Below are positions 61,375-64,000 of a stretch of DNA of 64,000 nucleotides, one piece after another; position 1 is the stretch's first letter, and every line of letters starts with the position of its first letter. Made by a program: the position numbers and the translations under genes. Source of the stretch: an uncultured Verrucomicrobiota bacterium (GTDB taxonomy: Bacteria; Verrucomicrobiota; Verrucomicrobiia; Limisphaerales; CAYMCQ01); assembly GCA_964389025.1 (NCBI GenBank), contig CAYMCQ010000011.1, forward strand, positions 1-64,000, written 5' to 3'. The notes under the pieces were generated by a model. That model had not been told where the DNA came from. It was given only the letters and a program-made list of their open reading frames with translations, and searched no databases.

Positions 61375-62436
61375 CTAAGCACAACATCGGCCTGAAGGTG
61401 CAGGCTGATGTTGATGGTTGTATTGACCTCGTTCGAGCGTGCGGCGAACCAGGGTTTCCAACGATGCAATCCAGCGCGGATGCTCGTTCATGCATGGAAT
61501 CAACGCGAACTCTTTTCCGCCGGCCTGCTCGAAAAGCTCACGCCCCCGCATCCCGATTTCCTCAAGTGTCTCCAGGCAATCAGAAACAAAGGCCGGACAG
61601 ATGACCAGAAGTTTTTTCACGCCATCGGCGGCAAGCCGCGGGATCTCAACATCGGTGTAGGGCTTCAGCCACGGCTCGCGGCCCAGGCGCGACTGGAATG
61701 AAACGGAAAATCTTGTGACACCCGCCCGCTTCACGAACGCGCGCACCGTCGCGAAACATTGCGCGCGGTAGCACGTCCGGTGCGCCGGACTGGAAACTTC
61801 GCAGCAGTTCTTCGCTGTCATGCAATGGCTACCCGTCGGGTCGGCCTTCCGTAAATGCCGCTCTGGAAGCCCGTGAAAGCTGAACAGGAGATGGTCATAA
61901 CCGCCTTGCAAATGTTTTTCCGCGCTCCCCACCAGCGCCTCGATGTAGTCCGGGTCGTCGTAAAATGGCGGAACAGTTCGCAGGGAAATGTGCGGCGCAA
62001 TTTTTCGGAGAACTTCCTGGACGCGGACGACGGCCGTTTCAAAACTCGACATCGCGTAATGCGGGAACAGTGGCACGAGGACAATTTCCTTCACGCCTTG
62101 CGCGTGGAGTTTTTCGATTGCGCTTGGGATGGACGGGTTTTGGTAACGCATCGCAAGCTCAACCGGGCAACTGAGACGCTGGCGCAACTTTTCCGTGACG
62201 TGTTTGCTGATCACAACCAGCGGCGAACCTTCCGGCGTCCAGATTTTTTCGTAGGCCTCGCCGCTTTGTTTTGGGCGCGATGGAAGGATTGTAAAATTGA
62301 CAACGCAAAACCGGATTGGCCACGGCGCGTCCAGCACACGGCCGTCCATCAGGAATTCACGAAGATATTTTCGCACGTCGGCCTCGCCCGGAGAATCCGG
62401 CGAGCCGAGGTTGACCAATAAAACGCCTTTGCTCAT
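61375..62436 (-). CDS. hemH: ferrochelatase
   Basis: GVLLVNLGSPDSP, LVPLFPHYAMSSFET, SFHGLPERHL and a C-terminal region match HemH throughout. Confidence 0.9.
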   Translation of the reverse strand: MSKGVLLVNLGSPDSPGEADVRKYLREFLMDGRVLDAPWPIRFCVVNFTILPSRPKQSGEAYEKIWTPEGSPLVVISKHVTEKLRQRLSCPVELAMRYQNPSIPSAIEKLHAQGVKEIVLVPLFPHYAMSSFETAVVRVQEVLRKIAPHISLRTVPPFYDDPDYIEALVGSAEKHLQGGYDHLLFSFHGLPERHLRKADPTGSHCMTAKNCCEVSSPAHRTCYRAQCFATVRAFVKRAGVTRFSVSFQSRLGREPWLKPYTDVEIPRLAADGVKKLLVICPAFVSDCLETLEEIGMRGRELFEQAGGKEFALIPCMNEHPRWIASLETLVRRTLERGQYNHQHQPAPSGRCCA

Positions 62437-62451
62437 GTGGAAAGAAATCTA

Positions 62452-62530
62452 ACCACGGATAAACACAGATGCACACGGATAAAATTAAGCCGTTTCAAAA
62501 AATCCGTGTTCATCCGTGTCCATCCGTGGT
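62452..62530. promoter_or_regulatory. about 28-bp-arm imperfect palindrome built from CACGGAT units, spanning the hemY stop / hemH start intergenic region
   Basis: ccacggataaacacagatgcacacggat ...loop... atccgtgttcatccgtgtccatccgtgg. The right arm overlaps the last hemY codons (TTDGHG). Confidence 0.5.
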
Positions 62531-63949
62531 TAAAAATTTTTCGACTCGATCCGCAATGTTGCAGCCCGAAACAATCGAATCGCTCAACGAAACGCCGTCG
62601 CGATAATGGCCGGCGAGAAAAAATCCGGGCGCTTTGGTTTCAATCTCGCTCATCAAATCGCGGTAACGGCCGTAGCCAACGTTGTATTGCGGAATCGCCT
62701 TTGGATAAAACACGCAATGCTGGAACGTCGGCTTGTCGCGAACGCCAAGCAGCACCCGCAAATCTTCGCAGACGATTTCGTAAAGTTTTTCCGGCGGTAG
62801 CGACGCCAGTTCTGGATACCGCTCCCCGCCGATGTAACTTGTGAGCGCGTGATGCCCTGCTGGCGCGCGATTCGGAAACAGCGACGAGGAAAAAATTGTT
62901 CCGAGAATTTTGAAGCCTTCGACTTTTGGAATCAACATGCCGAAGCCTTCGCACGGATGCGCCACGTCTTCACGACGAAAACCGAGCACGACACTTGCGA
63001 TGGGTGGGTGGCGGATTTCGGAAAATGCAGAGAAGTCCAACGCGCCTTTGTCGGTAGGGCGGTGCTGCTGCGCCGCCCCAAATTCAGGGCCGCGCGGCAG
63101 CGCAGCCCTACCGGAAACGATTTGAAGCTCCGCCAGTTTGGGTGCCGTTCCGCAAAAAATCACCGCGCTGTGCTCAAATTCACCGCTTGAAGTTGTCACG
63201 CGCCAGCCATCCGGCGTTTGCGTCAGCTTTGTGACCGCCGTGTTCAGCTTTATCGCGTCACCCAGCCGCTCGCGCAACGTATCAGGCAAAACCTGCAAGC
63301 CCTCATCGAAGGAAAACTTCGGTGCGCGATCTTTGGCGACTTCGCCGCGCTTTTTGCGCTCGCGTCCTCCGAGGATTTGGCCTTTGATGAGTGAACCGTA
63401 TTTGTCTTCGAGCGCTTTAAGTTTCGGAAATGCCTGCTCAACCGAAAGTTTGTAAGGATCGCCTGCGTAAATTCCGGCGACGAGCGCGTCAATCGCGTGG
63501 TCGAGAAATTCCTGGCTCAGCCGCCGCACGACAAATTCTGCGATGCTTTCCTCTTTACCATCGCGCCGCGGCGGGACGAATGGCTCGCGCATCACGGCAA
63601 ACTTGGCTTTGGCCGTGAAAAGTTTTGTTGTGAAAAATCCGAGTGGCGAACCGGGCATTTCAATCGGCCGTTTGTAGCGCACGACGTAGCGCGCTTCTGA
63701 TTTCGGGGCAGGATCAAGCCGCCGCGATTCCAGTCCCGCGTCGCGAACGAGCTGGGAAATTTTCGGCGACGTTTCGAGAATGGTGTTCGGCCCGAACTCC
63801 GCGAGATAACCGTCCTTGCGCAACGATTGAATCACGCCGCCGACACGCCCGCTCGCCTCATAGACCGTGACGGGAATTCCTTTGCGCTTCAGGTAAAACG
63901 CCGCCGTCAGACCTGTGATGCCAGCGCCGATGATCGCGATGGGTTTCAT
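62510..63949 (-). CDS. hemY: protoporphyrinogen oxidase (FAD-dependent, HemY-type)
   Basis: N-terminal FAD fold IAIIGAGITGLTAAFYLKRKG...YEASGRVGGVI, about 480 aa, adjacent to hemH. Confidence 0.82.
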   Translation of the reverse strand: MKPIAIIGAGITGLTAAFYLKRKGIPVTVYEASGRVGGVIQSLRKDGYLAEFGPNTILETSPKISQLVRDAGLESRRLDPAPKSEARYVVRYKRPIEMPGSPLGFFTTKLFTAKAKFAVMREPFVPPRRDGKEESIAEFVVRRLSQEFLDHAIDALVAGIYAGDPYKLSVEQAFPKLKALEDKYGSLIKGQILGGRERKKRGEVAKDRAPKFSFDEGLQVLPDTLRERLGDAIKLNTAVTKLTQTPDGWRVTTSSGEFEHSAVIFCGTAPKLAELQIVSGRAALPRGPEFGAAQQHRPTDKGALDFSAFSEIRHPPIASVVLGFRREDVAHPCEGFGMLIPKVEGFKILGTIFSSSLFPNRAPAGHHALTSYIGGERYPELASLPPEKLYEIVCEDLRVLLGVRDKPTFQHCVFYPKAIPQYNVGYGRYRDLMSEIETKAPGFFLAGHYRDGVSLSDSIVSGCNIADRVEKFLTTDGHG

Positions 63950-64000
63950 TTCGTTGAAATTCGGAGGGGCGAGTTACACGAGCCCCTAACTTCAAATTGT

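Overview
GC-rich (~58%) bacterial chromosomal window. Its gene content points to the PVC superphylum (Verrucomicrobiota/Planctomycetota-like): DUF1549/DUF1553 plus DUF1501 pair, DUF1559 prepilin-like protein, delta-60 repeat protein, DUF2723 membrane protein. Housekeeping backbone: glnK-amtB behind a sigma-54 promoter, tRNA-Pro, ispH, proA, an NfeD-flotillin-PLDc_N-membrane-protein-beta-carbonic-anhydrase operon, dGTPase, a two-component system, trxB, tlyA, pilT-pilU, rsmE, grpE-dnaJ, hemY-hemH, and an ECF sigma factor. The unusual content is several families of small GC-rich palindromic repeat elements, some inserted in-frame into coding sequences (tlyA, the DUF1549/1553 gene) in the manner of Rickettsia RPEs. 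Heptanucleotide (GAAGYNN)n tandem arrays sit inside three unrelated CDSs and always encode an EVRS.K.EV-like peptide. Three small cassettes are bounded by 23-62 bp direct duplications of neighbouring gene ends: a HicAB toxin-antitoxin cassette at the 5' end of the carbonic anhydrase gene; a two-ORF cassette beside proA; and a four-helix-bundle (Avd/IVS family) gene plus a low-GC membrane ORF flanked by GGCTATTG-type repeat arrays. There are also two paralogous modules of a divergent XRE regulator with a large secreted LamG-domain protein (one copy truncated and coinciding with a truncated nadK), and an orphan HydE-like radical SAM gene overlapping a secreted PQQ-like beta-propeller gene. No CRISPR, rRNA or recognisable transposase/integrase was found.
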